A stretch of 64,000 nt of DNA from an uncultured delta proteobacterium. GTDB taxonomy: Bacteria > Desulfobacterota > Syntrophia > Syntrophales > UBA5619. Positions 1 to 10,135 of the stretch are shown here, in pieces. The notes beneath the pieces are model-generated. The model saw nothing but the letters and a program-made list of their open reading frames with translations. It did not search any database and was not told the DNA's origin. The translations under genes and the position numbers were made by a program. The stretch lies in NCBI GenBank assembly GCA_963817385.1, contig CAWFOM010000002.1, forward strand, positions 32,001-96,000, written 5' to 3'. How positions within the stretch are numbered: the stretch's first letter is position 1; each line of letters begins with the position of its first letter.

Positions 1-399
1 TGTCGCTTTGAGAAGGAGCGCGACGGTTTCTGGACGATTATGAGCGAAAATCGCGTTGCAGGCTCGATTGCGATTGACGGCCTGAAGGCGGAAACCGAGG
101 GTGCGCACCTCCGCTGGTTCATCGTCTCGCCGGAGATCAAGGGCAGCGGCGGGGGCCGGCGGCTCATGACGGAAGCCGTCTCCTTCTGCGACCGGCGGGC
201 GTATAGTCGGATCGGCCTGTGGACCTTCGCGGGGCTCGATACGGCCCGTCACCTCTACGAGTCGTTCGGGTTTCACCTGGTTTCCGAGGGAGAGGGGGAA
301 CAGTGGGGCACCCGGGTCGTCGAACAACACTTCGAACGCAACCGAGGAGAAGCGGCGCCGGGATGGTCAAAACCGTTATCGAAGGCCCACCCCCCCTGA
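1..399 (+). CDS. GNAT family N-acetyltransferase, 5'-truncated by window edge
   Basis: Frame open from base 1 (CRFEKERDGFWTIM...). HLRWFIV...GSGGGRRLM acetyl-CoA motif and LWTFAGLDTARHLYESFGF GNAT C-terminus. Confidence 0.85.
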   Translation, partial: CRFEKERDGFWTIMSENRVAGSIAIDGLKAETEGAHLRWFIVSPEIKGSGGGRRLMTEAVSFCDRRAYSRIGLWTFAGLDTARHLYESFGFHLVSEGEGEQWGTRVVEQHFERNRGEAAPGWSKPLSKAHPP

Positions 400-432
400 G
401 AAGGGAACAGCCTGTAAGCATTTCCGCGCTCA

Positions 433-3246
433 TCAGACGCTGATGCTGCTCCCCCTGTTCACGAACCCATGGGGCGTCCCCGTCCTTTCCCAGACAACGA
501 CCCGATTGCGCCCGGACGCCTTCGCGCGATACAGAGCCTGATCCGTAAGGTCGATCAGGACATTCAATGTCCGGACATCCGGCAGCGCGACAGCAATGCC
601 GGCGCTCGCAGTAACACGGACATTGACGGTGGTGGAATCGCCATTCGCCGGACAGACAGGGACAACGAGTTCCTCAATGGAGAGACGGAGGCGCTCGGCG
701 ATCTGGATAGCCTCGGGAAGAAGGGTTTCCGGCAGCAGGAGGATGAACTCTTCGCCGCCATAACGCCCCACGACGTCGATCCCGCGCGTATTCTGGCGGA
801 AACAGGCGGCCAGGGCTTGCAGAACCTTATCGCCGGCGGGATGACCGTAGACGTCGTTGACCATCTTGAAATGATCAATGTCGAACATCACCGCCGCGAG
901 AGGCCGATTGAAACGCGCCGCCCGTTCAAATTCACGTTCTCCCTGCGGGAAAAATCCGCGGCGATTGAATAAGCCGGTCAGCTCGTCCGTCACGGCGATC
1001 TGTTCGATGTGGTTGTAGAGCCGCGCGTTGCGGATGGCGATTGCGGCCTGCGCGGCGAACATGCCGAGAACATCCAAATCCGCCTGGGTGTATTGGTGCG
1101 GCAGATATGCCATCGTATCGATAATGCCCAGCAATTCTTCACCCCAGTGAATCGGCGCCCCCGCCAACGCCCGGGACGGGAGAGAGTCATACTCTCTTTT
1201 TCGCTCTGGCCAAGAGTTATAATCGTTAACCAAAAACGGGGCGCCTGTCGCCCAGACATGACCAACGAAACCTTTTCCGCGTTGCTGTATCGTTTTTTTA
1301 GGAGTCAGTTCCGGGCCGGCGCTCGCCACCCGCTCCATCAGATCCGATTCCGGCCTGTAGAGGTAGCAATGGCAGTTTGTGCCACCGATCAGATCCAACG
1401 CGCGCCGGGCGATAAAACAGAGCAGTGAGTTGAGATCCAGTTCGACCATCAGCTCTACACTTGTCACGTGCAATGCGGCCAACTGTTTGGAGCGGCGCTC
1501 GTTTTCTTCCTGCGCCCTTTTGCGTTCGGTGATGTCCTCAACTACGATCATATTGCGCCCGGGGTTTTCCCCCGGCTTCCAGAGCGGCGATACCGCGATG
1601 TCCACCCAGATGACCGCCCCGTCCTTCCGGAGATAGCGCTTCTCCAGACTGTAGCGCCCGATCTTCCCGGCCAGCAGCAGGGCCGTTTTATCCTCATGTA
1701 GATGGAGATCCTCCGGATGCGTTATCGCCTGGAAGGTAGTAGCCAGCATCTCTCTCTCCGTCATGCCGACGAGCTCGTAAAGGCGCCGGTTGACCGTGAG
1801 AAAACGGCCCGTCTCGATCTCGATCTCGGCCACTCCGACCGCCGCCTGTTCAAACAGGGCGCGGAACCGTTGCTCACTCTCCCGCAGCGAACCTTCCGTC
1901 TCCTTGAGGTCGGTAAAGAGCTGCGCATTGGCAATCGCCCCGGCAATCTGCGCCCCAATCCTCTCCGCCAGGCGGAGATCCCGCTCGGTGTATGCGTTCG
2001 GCTTTTTCGACCGGAAGTGCAGGACACCGATCACCTCGTTCCGATAGACTAACGGGATGCCCATCAGGGAGAGCAACCCCACCTGAAATGTAGCGAAGAG
2101 AGGAGGGAAGCGGGCGACGATCTCATCAATCTCTTCAATGCTCGCTGGTTGGAAGAGCAAGCTGGTCTGCGTGCGTATGATCTCCTCACTAAACGTTCCC
2201 GTTAATGCAGGAGAATCCCCCTGTTGCCGATCGCTAATACTCGACCCTGAAACGTAAGCAACGCGGAGGGTACTCTTTTTAAAATCGTACAAGTTGATGG
2301 CAAGCCTGTCAAAGAGGATGAGTTTTCGGGTCTCGACAGCGAAGCGCTCGTATACCTCGTCAATGTCCAGCGTGGAGCCGATCAGCCGCCCGATTTCGGC
2401 AATGACGGCCATCTCTTCGGCCAGCCGCTCTGCTGCTTCGCGGTTCCTTCGCTGCTCTTCTTCGGCCCGCTTCCGATCCGTGATATCGTGAACGAAGACG
2501 AGAGCTCCGTCGCTGTTTTCATACGTTATAGGCACGGCGGAAACCTCGACGTCGATGACCGAACCATCCACCTTCAGGTACTGCTGCTCGATCATGCGTA
2601 CCGCTTTTCTCTCCTCATTGACCAGACGCATCCGTTCCCGGGCGAGTACGCGATAATCGGGGTGGACATGGTCCGTAACCGGCGTGCCGAGCACGGCCTT
2701 CGCCGATTCGGCGCCGAGGAGACGGACGGCCGCCGGGTTCAGGTAGGCAAGACATTCCCTGACGTGGACGAAGACGGCATCGGGCGCATTCTCGACCAGG
2801 AGACGAAATTTTCCCTCGCTCTCCCTAAACGCAGCCGCCACCCGACGGTGTTCCCGCCTCATTGCCGCTTCCCGCAACTCTCGTTCAACGGCGGGAAGAA
2901 GTCGCTGCCGCCGGTCCTTCATGATGCAGTCATGGGCGCCGGCCTTCATCGCCTCGACGGCCACCTCCTCACCGATCGCGCCGGAGATAAGGATGAAGGG
3001 GACATCGATCCCCGTTTCTTTCACGATTGCGAGGACCTGGAGGCCGTCGAAGCCGGACAGATAATAATCGCACAGGATGATGTCCCACGCCATATTCTGG
3101 AGGGCTGCGCGCACAGCCTCGATCGTTTCCACTCGCTCGTGGACGGGTTCGTAGCCGCCCCGTTTCAATTCGAGGATCAGCATGAGGGCGTCAATTTCAG
3201 AATCCTCTATGATCAATACGCGCAGAGGCGTTCCCATCTCGCTCAT
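433..3246 (-). CDS. REC-PAS-GAF-PAS-GAF-GGDEF diguanylate cyclase
   Basis: N-terminal receiver (IIEDS...ILCDY), PAS and GAF segments, TDELTGLFNRR, DIDHFKMVNDVYGHPAGD, RGID I-site and GGEEF. Confidence 0.93.
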   Translation of the reverse strand: MSEMGTPLRVLIIEDSEIDALMLILELKRGGYEPVHERVETIEAVRAALQNMAWDIILCDYYLSGFDGLQVLAIVKETGIDVPFILISGAIGEEVAVEAMKAGAHDCIMKDRRQRLLPAVERELREAAMRREHRRVAAAFRESEGKFRLLVENAPDAVFVHVRECLAYLNPAAVRLLGAESAKAVLGTPVTDHVHPDYRVLARERMRLVNEERKAVRMIEQQYLKVDGSVIDVEVSAVPITYENSDGALVFVHDITDRKRAEEEQRRNREAAERLAEEMAVIAEIGRLIGSTLDIDEVYERFAVETRKLILFDRLAINLYDFKKSTLRVAYVSGSSISDRQQGDSPALTGTFSEEIIRTQTSLLFQPASIEEIDEIVARFPPLFATFQVGLLSLMGIPLVYRNEVIGVLHFRSKKPNAYTERDLRLAERIGAQIAGAIANAQLFTDLKETEGSLRESEQRFRALFEQAAVGVAEIEIETGRFLTVNRRLYELVGMTEREMLATTFQAITHPEDLHLHEDKTALLLAGKIGRYSLEKRYLRKDGAVIWVDIAVSPLWKPGENPGRNMIVVEDITERKRAQEENERRSKQLAALHVTSVELMVELDLNSLLCFIARRALDLIGGTNCHCYLYRPESDLMERVASAGPELTPKKTIQQRGKGFVGHVWATGAPFLVNDYNSWPERKREYDSLPSRALAGAPIHWGEELLGIIDTMAYLPHQYTQADLDVLGMFAAQAAIAIRNARLYNHIEQIAVTDELTGLFNRRGFFPQGEREFERAARFNRPLAAVMFDIDHFKMVNDVYGHPAGDKVLQALAACFRQNTRGIDVVGRYGGEEFILLLPETLLPEAIQIAERLRLSIEELVVPVCPANGDSTTVNVRVTASAGIAVALPDVRTLNVLIDLTDQALYRAKASGRNRVVVWERTGTPHGFVNRGSSISV

Positions 3247-3293
3247 CGTAGTATTTTCCCGTTAGTTATCAACAAGTTACCTTCGCTATCGAT

Positions 3294-4679
3294 TCACATC
3301 ACCGGCAAATCGTATCCGCCTGCAAAGACGCTCTGGCAGGCTTCAACGACCCTTTCATCATAGAGCCTCCCCTGATTCACGGAGATCTCATTCAGGGCTG
3401 ACTCCAGGCCGAGTCCCGGCCGGTATGGACGGTGGGATGCCATGGCTTCCACCACATCGGCCACCGCCAGAATCCTTGCTTCGAAACAGATCTGATCCCC
3501 CGTCAAACCGCGCGGGTAGCCCGAACCGTCCATCCGCTCGTGGTGCTGCAGGATGATCTGACCGATCGCCCAGGGGAATTCGATATCCTTCAGGATGTCA
3601 AAACCCGCCTGCGGATGTATTCTGATGAGGTTGATTTCAATCTTCGACAGTCTGACCGGTTTGCTGAGTATCTCTGCGGGAACGGTGATCTTGCCGACAT
3701 CATGTATCATGCCGGCTATCCGGATGCTGTCGACTCCGTCCGGCATGATTCCCGTTTCCTGCGCAATGGCGCGGGCCAGATCGGAAACCCGCCGCTGGTG
3801 GCCGGCCGTATAGGGATCCCGCGTTTCCACCATCAAGGCGATGGCCCGGACGGTTGATTCCAGGGCCCCGCGCAGGTTCTCGCGGCTCTCCCGTAATTTT
3901 TCCTCCGTCTGCATCCGCTCGGTGATGTCGTGGAGATAGGCAAGAGAGCCGATCTCGTTATTGTAGGAAAAAGGAACGGCAGAGGCCTCAACATAGATGA
4001 CCGTGCCGTCGAGTTTCAGATACTTCTGCACCATCGGGGGAACTTTTTCCCTCTCCTCATTAAGCAGGCGGATCCTCTCCTGGATCGTCTCGCGATAATC
4101 GGGAGAGATCCTCTCCAGAATCGGACGTCCCAGCAGCTGCTCCGCCGATTCCGCACCGAGGAGATGGACGGTTGCCGGGTTCACATAGGCAAAACAGCCT
4201 CCCGTCTGGATATAAACGGCACCCGGCGCACTCTCGACAACAAGACGGAATTTCTCTTCGCTTTGTCGGTACCTCTCCTCCGTCCGCCTGCGTTCCTGAC
4301 GCACCTCCGCTTCGCGCAGTTCCCTCGTTATGGCCGGGACGAGTCGTTGCCGAGCGCCCTTCATGATATAATCGTGCGCGCCGGTCTCCATGGCCTCGGC
4401 GGCCATCTCTTCGCCTATCATGCCGGAGACGATGATGAAGGGGATGTCTATCTCCGATTCCTTCATGATTTCAAGTGCAGCAAGACCATTGAAGCCGTGG
4501 ATGTCGTAATCGCACAGGATGATATCCCACGGCTTCTCCTGCAGAGCTGCGTGCATGGCCTCGGCGCTATCCACCCGCTCATGGAGGGGCTCATAACCGC
4601 CCTGTTTCAGCTCGTGGACCAGCAGCAGGGCATCGTCTTGCGAATCCTCAACAATCAATACATGCAGAGACTTTCCCAC
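3294..4679 (-). CDS. REC-PAS-HD-GYP c-di-GMP phosphodiesterase
   Basis: Receiver domain, PAS, RDPYTAGHQRRV, HDVGKI, HHERMDGSGYP. Confidence 0.93.
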   Translation of the reverse strand: MGKSLHVLIVEDSQDDALLLVHELKQGGYEPLHERVDSAEAMHAALQEKPWDIILCDYDIHGFNGLAALEIMKESEIDIPFIIVSGMIGEEMAAEAMETGAHDYIMKGARQRLVPAITRELREAEVRQERRRTEERYRQSEEKFRLVVESAPGAVYIQTGGCFAYVNPATVHLLGAESAEQLLGRPILERISPDYRETIQERIRLLNEEREKVPPMVQKYLKLDGTVIYVEASAVPFSYNNEIGSLAYLHDITERMQTEEKLRESRENLRGALESTVRAIALMVETRDPYTAGHQRRVSDLARAIAQETGIMPDGVDSIRIAGMIHDVGKITVPAEILSKPVRLSKIEINLIRIHPQAGFDILKDIEFPWAIGQIILQHHERMDGSGYPRGLTGDQICFEARILAVADVVEAMASHRPYRPGLGLESALNEISVNQGRLYDERVVEACQSVFAGGYDLPVM

Positions 4680-4813
4680 CCGAATCCCCCTTTTGGGTCT
4701 TCATGCAGCGATGAATTATGTATCAACCTTTACCGACAAACAGGAGCGAATCGATTCTTCTCCCACTCGCTGGCATAATAATGGCAGCCTGAGGATATTG
4801 CAACTCATAAGCA

Positions 4814-4840
4814 CTATCGGCATAAATGGCATTTAACTTA
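4814..4840 (-). promoter_or_regulatory. sigma28 (FliA)-like promoter upstream of the HD-GYP/DGC pair
   Basis: Minus strand TAAG-N15-GCCGATAG versus consensus TAAA-N15-GCCGATAA. Confidence 0.55.
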
Positions 4841-4923
4841 ACCGGTTCAAGGCACAATCGCCGCCGGCAATCCCCAAACAGCTGATCACCTGCTTCAGCC
4901 GGCGTTACCCAGGAAGAAAACCG

Positions 4924-6153
4924 TCACTCATAGCGGAGCGCATCGATAGGATTGAGGAGTGACGCCTTGTAGGCGGGATAGAATCCGAAAAAGAGGCCCA
5001 CCATACCGGAAAAACCGAAGGCTAGCAGGATAGACAGGGGGGAGACGACGGTGGACCACCCGGCCAGGGCGGAAAGAACCTTGGATCCCGACACGCCGAG
5101 GATGATCCCGGCAATCCCGCCGATAAGGGAGAGGGTCAGCGCCTCGATGAGGAACTGAAGTCGGATATCCCAGCTCTTCGCCCCCACGGACATGCGGATG
5201 CCGATTTCACGGGTCCTCTCCGTTACGGAAACGAGCATGATGTTCATGATGCCGATACCGCCGACCAGAAGGGAGACGGAGGCGATCGCCGCAAGCAAGA
5301 GGGCCATGACCTGGGTGGACTGCTCGGCCGCCTGCATCATCTGGGTAAGATTGCGAATCGTGAAATCCGGCTCCTGACGGGGGCCGATCCGATGGCGCTG
5401 GCGGAGCAACTCTCCGATCTGCTGTTCCGCCGCCGAAAGTTGGTCGGCGCTTTTCGCCTTCACCGCAATCGATCGGACCATGCCCAAAAAGGGCGTCCCG
5501 AAGATCTTCTTTTGCGCCGTCGAAAGGGGGATGAAGATGGTATCATCCTGGTCCTGTCCCATGGCCGATTGCCCCTTTTTCGCCAGAACGCCGATCACGG
5601 TAAAGGGGACTTTCTTGATCCGGATAATTTGACCCAGGGGGTCCGCATTGCCGAAGAGATTGTCCACGACGGTCTGACCCAGGAGGCAAACCTTGGTGGC
5701 GTTGCGCACATCCTGATCCGTGAACGGCCTTCCGGAAGCGAGCGACCAGTCCCGGACGGGCAGGATGCCGGGTGTAGTCCCGGCAACTCCCGTCGACCAG
5801 TTCTGGTTGCCGTATACCACCTGGGCCGCTCCGTTGTGCGTAGGGGCCACATCGGAGACGGCGGGGCACTCCCTGGCGATCGCCTCGGCGTCGTCCTGGG
5901 TCAGGGTGGACTGTGTGCCGCTTCCCATCCGGAGACCTCCGGAGGTGCTGCTCCCCGACATGACGATCAGGAGGTTGCTCCCCATACTGGACATCTGCTG
6001 CGAGATCCTCTCGCTCGCGCCGGTCCCCACGGCAAGCATGGTGATCACCGCGCCCACGCCGATGATGATGCCGAGCATCGTCAGGGCGGAGCGCATCTTG
6101 TTCACCCGGAGCGCGCGCAACGAAATCTTGAAGGTCGGGAGAATGCCGATCAT
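4924..6153 (-). CDS. macB: MacB-family ABC permease (MacB_PCD + FtsX)
   Basis: RSALTMLGIIIGV, GGIGIMNIMLVSVTERTREIGIR, LNPIDALRYE. Confidence 0.92.
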   Translation of the reverse strand: MIGILPTFKISLRALRVNKMRSALTMLGIIIGVGAVITMLAVGTGASERISQQMSSMGSNLLIVMSGSSTSGGLRMGSGTQSTLTQDDAEAIARECPAVSDVAPTHNGAAQVVYGNQNWSTGVAGTTPGILPVRDWSLASGRPFTDQDVRNATKVCLLGQTVVDNLFGNADPLGQIIRIKKVPFTVIGVLAKKGQSAMGQDQDDTIFIPLSTAQKKIFGTPFLGMVRSIAVKAKSADQLSAAEQQIGELLRQRHRIGPRQEPDFTIRNLTQMMQAAEQSTQVMALLLAAIASVSLLVGGIGIMNIMLVSVTERTREIGIRMSVGAKSWDIRLQFLIEALTLSLIGGIAGIILGVSGSKVLSALAGWSTVVSPLSILLAFGFSGMVGLFFGFYPAYKASLLNPIDALRYE

Positions 6154-6202
6154 CTCCGCCTCCCTTCCGCGTGGTCTCCCGCCAAGAATGTGCCCGATCT
6201 TC

Positions 6203-6922
6203 TCATACCGTCCCCTCTGTCAACCCCGTCTTTCCCGGTTTCACGGGCTCATCGCTGACGATGCGCCCGTCACGGAATCGGACGATCCGCCTGCTGAAGG
6301 CGGCAATGTCCGGCTCATGGGTCACGAGGATGATCGTGATCCCCGATTCTCGGTTCAGCTTCACGAAAAGCTCCATGATCTCGACACTCGAATGGGTGTC
6401 CAGATTGCCGGTTGGCTCGTCGGCCAGGATCAGGGGCGCCCGGTTCACGAGCGCGCGGGCAATGGCCACCCGCTGCTGCTGGCCGCCGGAGAGCTGATTC
6501 GGATGATGATCCTCCCGGCCTTCCAACCCCATCGCCTTCAGGGCGGCCATCGCCCGTTGCCGGCGCTCCCGGGGGTGAAATCCATTATAGAGCATCGGGA
6601 GCTCCACGTTCTCCAGGGCGGATGTCCGGGGAAGCAGATTGAATCCCTGAAAAACGAATCCGATTTTCTTGTTGCGGATCTCCGCCAGCTCGTCATGGCC
6701 CCGATGGCCGATATCGGTTCCATCCAGAAGATATTGTCCGCCCGTCGGTTCATCCAGACAGCCGACCACGTTCATGAAGGTTGACTTGCCGGAACCGGAT
6801 GGTCCCATGACGGCAACGAATTCACCCTGCCCGATCGTCAGGGAAACGTCATCCAGTGCGTGGACGGTGCTGTCGCCCAGTTCGTAGATCTTGGTCAGAT
6901 GATGGGTTTCAATCAATTCCAT
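6203..6922 (-). CDS. ABC transporter ATP-binding subunit (MacB/LolD type)
   Basis: GPSGSGKST, LSGGQQQRVAIARAL, ILADEPTGNLD. Confidence 0.95.
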   Translation of the reverse strand: MELIETHHLTKIYELGDSTVHALDDVSLTIGQGEFVAVMGPSGSGKSTFMNVVGCLDEPTGGQYLLDGTDIGHRGHDELAEIRNKKIGFVFQGFNLLPRTSALENVELPMLYNGFHPRERRQRAMAALKAMGLEGREDHHPNQLSGGQQQRVAIARALVNRAPLILADEPTGNLDTHSSVEIMELFVKLNRESGITIILVTHEPDIAAFSRRIVRFRDGRIVSDEPVKPGKTGLTEGTV

Positions 6923-6931
6923 AGCGCTGAA

Positions 6932-8143
6932 TTAGAAGAATCCTCTCGGGCCGATCCGCTGTTCAGTTTTCTTGGCCGTTCCCGTCGCTTCAACGATCAC
7001 CCCATCACCCTCCTTCAGATCCCCGGAAGAGACGGTGGTATAACTTCCATCGTTTATTCCGATGGTAATAGGAATACGGCGGGGTTTCTGGCCATCCAGG
7101 ACCCAGACGCCTTGCTTCTTTTGACTGTTCGTCTCCCCCGCGGTCACCGGAGACTTGGCCGGCATTCCCCCTTTTCCCGTGTCGGACGCCTTGTCAAAAG
7201 TCCACTTGAATCGGAGCGCCGCGTTCGGGACCTTCAAGACGCCCTTTTCCATGGCGGTAATGATCGAGACATTGGCCGTCATGCCCGGTTTCAATTTTCG
7301 CTCCGGATTGGCCACCTTGACCACCACGTCATAGGTGACGACGTTCTGGACCGTCGTGGGGGCGTTGCGGATCTCCGCCACCTTCCCGGGGAACGTAGTA
7401 TCCGGGTAGGCGTCGACGGTGAAGCTGACGACCTGGCCGATCATGACCCGGCCGATATCCGCCTCGTCCACATTCGTGTCGATCTGCATCCGGGTCAGAT
7501 CCTCGGCGATGCTGAAGAGGGTCGGTGTCTGGAAGCTTGCGGCCACGGTCTGCCCGATGTCCACGTTCCGGGAGATGACGACTCCGTCGACCGGGGAGAG
7601 TATCCGGGTGTATTGCAGATTGGTCTCTTCCTGCTGCAGCGCCGCCCGATTCTGCTCCACCTGCGCCTTTGCGGCATTGAGCTGGGCGGCCGCCGACTGT
7701 TCATTCGTCTCCGCCGTATCCAGGTCGCTCCGGGCGATGAAGTTCCGGCCAAACAAGTCCCGGTTCCGCTCCAGCGTCCGTCGGGCATCCTTGAGGGCGA
7801 CCTCCGCCTTCTCCACATTGGCTTCAGCGGACAGCAGATTGGCCCTCGCCTGCGCCACCCTCGCCTGGGGAAGCGCCGGATCGATCTGGGCCAGCAGTTG
7901 CCCTTTTTTGACGGGGGAGTTGAAATCCACAAAGAGCTCCTTGACCGTTCCGGAAACCTGGGTGCCCACGAGGACGGTGGTCACCGCGCTCACCGTTCCG
8001 GTTGCGGTCACTGAAGCGCGCAGATCCCCCCGGGTCACCTTTTCCGTCCGGAACTGGACGCCGTTTCCCTTGTTTTTGTAGAGATAAAATCCGCCTGCCG
8101 CCAGAGCGCCGATCAGAACAAACGCCACAACGATCTTTTTCAT
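6932..8143 (-). CDS. macA: MacA-like periplasmic adaptor (membrane fusion protein)
   Basis: N-terminal TM anchor, VGTQVSG...VDFNSPVKKGQLLAQID, GQTVAASFQTPTLF. Confidence 0.92.
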   Translation of the reverse strand: MKKIVVAFVLIGALAAGGFYLYKNKGNGVQFRTEKVTRGDLRASVTATGTVSAVTTVLVGTQVSGTVKELFVDFNSPVKKGQLLAQIDPALPQARVAQARANLLSAEANVEKAEVALKDARRTLERNRDLFGRNFIARSDLDTAETNEQSAAAQLNAAKAQVEQNRAALQQEETNLQYTRILSPVDGVVISRNVDIGQTVAASFQTPTLFSIAEDLTRMQIDTNVDEADIGRVMIGQVVSFTVDAYPDTTFPGKVAEIRNAPTTVQNVVTYDVVVKVANPERKLKPGMTANVSIITAMEKGVLKVPNAALRFKWTFDKASDTGKGGMPAKSPVTAGETNSQKKQGVWVLDGQKPRRIPITIGINDGSYTTVSSGDLKEGDGVIVEATGTAKKTEQRIGPRGFF

Positions 8144-9441
8144 TTTTCCCCCGCCGCTTTCTCCAGAGACGCCTGCGCCACTTTATAATCATACAGCGCT
8201 GAATTATAGGATGTTTTCGCATTGCTCGCCGCCACGAGGGCATCGGTGACCTCGATGGGGCTCCCCACCCCCGAGGCGTACCTGCCGTTGGCCAGATCGA
8301 GGTTCTCCCCAGCCTGACGGACGGAGAGCGCCGCCGTCTCAACCTGGTCCGCGGCGGCCGCCAGGTTCAGCCATGCCTGTTTGACATCCTGATAGATGGC
8401 CTGCCGAAGCGAGACATTATTGGCGATAACCACATCCAGATTCGCCTGCGCCTCCTCGATCTGGTATTTCGTCGCGAAGCCGCTGAACAGGGGGATGCTC
8501 AGCGTGGCGCCGAAACTCCATCCCTGGTCCAGAGGGAAACTGCCCCCGCCCCAGCCGTAACTGGCATTGCCCGATATGGACGGATAATAGCCCTTCCGGG
8601 CAAGAGTGATGGACTCCTCCAACGATCTCTTCTTCTCGGCGAGGGACCGGAGATCCGGCCGGCGGTTATAGGCCCTTTGCAGAGTTTCCTCCAGATCGAC
8701 ATCCACGCGCTGAAAGGAGGGCTCATCGGCGAGGTCGTACTCGGGGGCCTCCGGTATACCAATGGCATTGTTCAGCGCCACCTGGGCGAGCCGGAAGGCG
8801 TTTTCGGCCTTCAAGAGGTTCAGTCGTGCGTTGGAGAGATCGACTTCGGCCTTGGTGACGTCGAATTTCGGTTTTGTCCCGATCTCGAAAAACGCCCGGG
8901 CCTGCTCGAGGTGCTGCTGAAACTGCCCCACCACTTCCCGGTTCACATCCCGGTTCCGCCTTGTCTGCAGCACCCCGTAGTAGGCCTGACTGACGGCGAA
9001 GATCACCTGGGTGCGGACGTTTGCCAAATCCGAACGGGAGGAATCCCGGTTCAGTTCCTGAATCCTCACCTGGGTGGAGGTCTTGCCGAAATCGTAGAGA
9101 TTCTGGTTCAGGGATACGCTGGAGGAGTAGCTGTCAAAGGCGTCTCCGCCGACCGTTCCCCTCGACGAGTCGGATATCGGCTCCGTCCGGCTGTAGCCGG
9201 TGGATGCGTTCACTTGCGGATAATATCCCGATCGCGCCTGGCCGATTTTGCTTTCGCCGCCCTTAAGCGTGCCGGCCGCCGCCAGGATGGAGGGATGCCA
9301 CTCCAGGGCGATCGCAACGCAGCGGCTCAGATCCAGCGTCTCGCCTTTCGCTATCGGACCAGCCGCTCCCGCCGCTGCCGGCTGGAGCATCCAGAACATC
9401 ATGAGGAACAAAGCGATTCTTTGCATGGAAACCCTCGACAC
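8140..9441 (-). CDS. TolC-family outer membrane efflux protein
   Basis: Signal peptide and two OEP-like halves; overlaps the macA start. Confidence 0.9.
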   Translation of the reverse strand: MSRVSMQRIALFLMMFWMLQPAAAGAAGPIAKGETLDLSRCVAIALEWHPSILAAAGTLKGGESKIGQARSGYYPQVNASTGYSRTEPISDSSRGTVGGDAFDSYSSSVSLNQNLYDFGKTSTQVRIQELNRDSSRSDLANVRTQVIFAVSQAYYGVLQTRRNRDVNREVVGQFQQHLEQARAFFEIGTKPKFDVTKAEVDLSNARLNLLKAENAFRLAQVALNNAIGIPEAPEYDLADEPSFQRVDVDLEETLQRAYNRRPDLRSLAEKKRSLEESITLARKGYYPSISGNASYGWGGGSFPLDQGWSFGATLSIPLFSGFATKYQIEEAQANLDVVIANNVSLRQAIYQDVKQAWLNLAAAADQVETAALSVRQAGENLDLANGRYASGVGSPIEVTDALVAASNAKTSYNSALYDYKVAQASLEKAAGEK

Positions 9442-9539
9442 CTTTGATAGTCAATCCGTTGATATCCGCCCCTTTCCGTTCACCGGAGCGGGAAACCCGA
9501 ATACCCGCGTTCAGCTTTTTATGTTTTCCACCCCAGAAC

Positions 9540-9555
9540 AGCAACCCGCATGCCA
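9540..9555 (-). promoter_or_regulatory. sigma54 -24/-12 promoter for the tolC-macA-macB operon
   Basis: Minus strand TGGCATGCGGGTTGCT (GG-N10-GC), ~100 nt upstream of tolC. Confidence 0.7.
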
Positions 9556-9600
9556 ATTGAAGCTTGCATCTAAGCGCTTAAAATCGCAAAATAACTTGCA

Positions 9601-9903
9601 TCAATCCCTTCCCCGCTCTCGAAAAGACTGGATACCAACTATCCAGCTCCGGTATCCGGCTGGATACATAGTATCCGGCTTCTCCGTCAGAAAGTACCCT
9701 GATTCGTTGATTACACGAAAATGGATACAAAAGGAAAGGAAAATCGTTTTCTTCGGCACCGGATGCGAGGCCTGTGGGCTCGACGACCTGCCGAGATACC
9801 GCCGATAATCAGGGCGGTTACTGAACAACCATATCGTTTGACGGACGGATACGTCGATAGTCAGCTCATGAGGAAGCCAATATGATTCATCCGGTTTTTG
9901 CAT
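9601..9903 (-). CDS. hypothetical protein (doubtful)
   Basis: Strong RBS (AGAGGAGG) before ATG at 9903, but no recognisable motif and the 3' part overlaps a regulatory-looking palindrome. Confidence 0.25.
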   Translation of the reverse strand: MQKPDESYWLPHELTIDVSVRQTIWLFSNRPDYRRYLGRSSSPQASHPVPKKTIFLSFCIHFRVINESGYFLTEKPDTMYPAGYRSWIVGIQSFRERGRD

Positions 9904-10045
9904 ACTTCCTCCTCTAATCGTTATACTCATTGAAGATGCACGATTTCAATATGAAATTATCAGCATATCATTTCCATCGTGCCCGTAGGGTTGTGGTCAT
10001 TTTTTGCGACATTCCTGAAATTTTTTTGGGAGCGATAATAAATCG

Positions 10046-10074
10046 TTGACATACCAATAGGTTCTTCTTATAGT
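10046..10074 (+). promoter_or_regulatory. sigma70-type promoter
   Basis: TTGACA-N17-TATAGT upstream of the Yip1 gene. Confidence 0.7.
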
Positions 10075-10135
10075 TTCCTAACTGAAAAGAAATTCTTCTT
10101 GGATCTTGTTACTAAATACTTATGGAGGGGAAATC

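Noticed and set aside
433..1000. Hypr-type GGDEF (3',3'-cGAMP synthase)
   Set aside because: The GHPAGD position carries Asp, as in ordinary c-di-GMP cyclases, not the Ser associated with Hypr enzymes.
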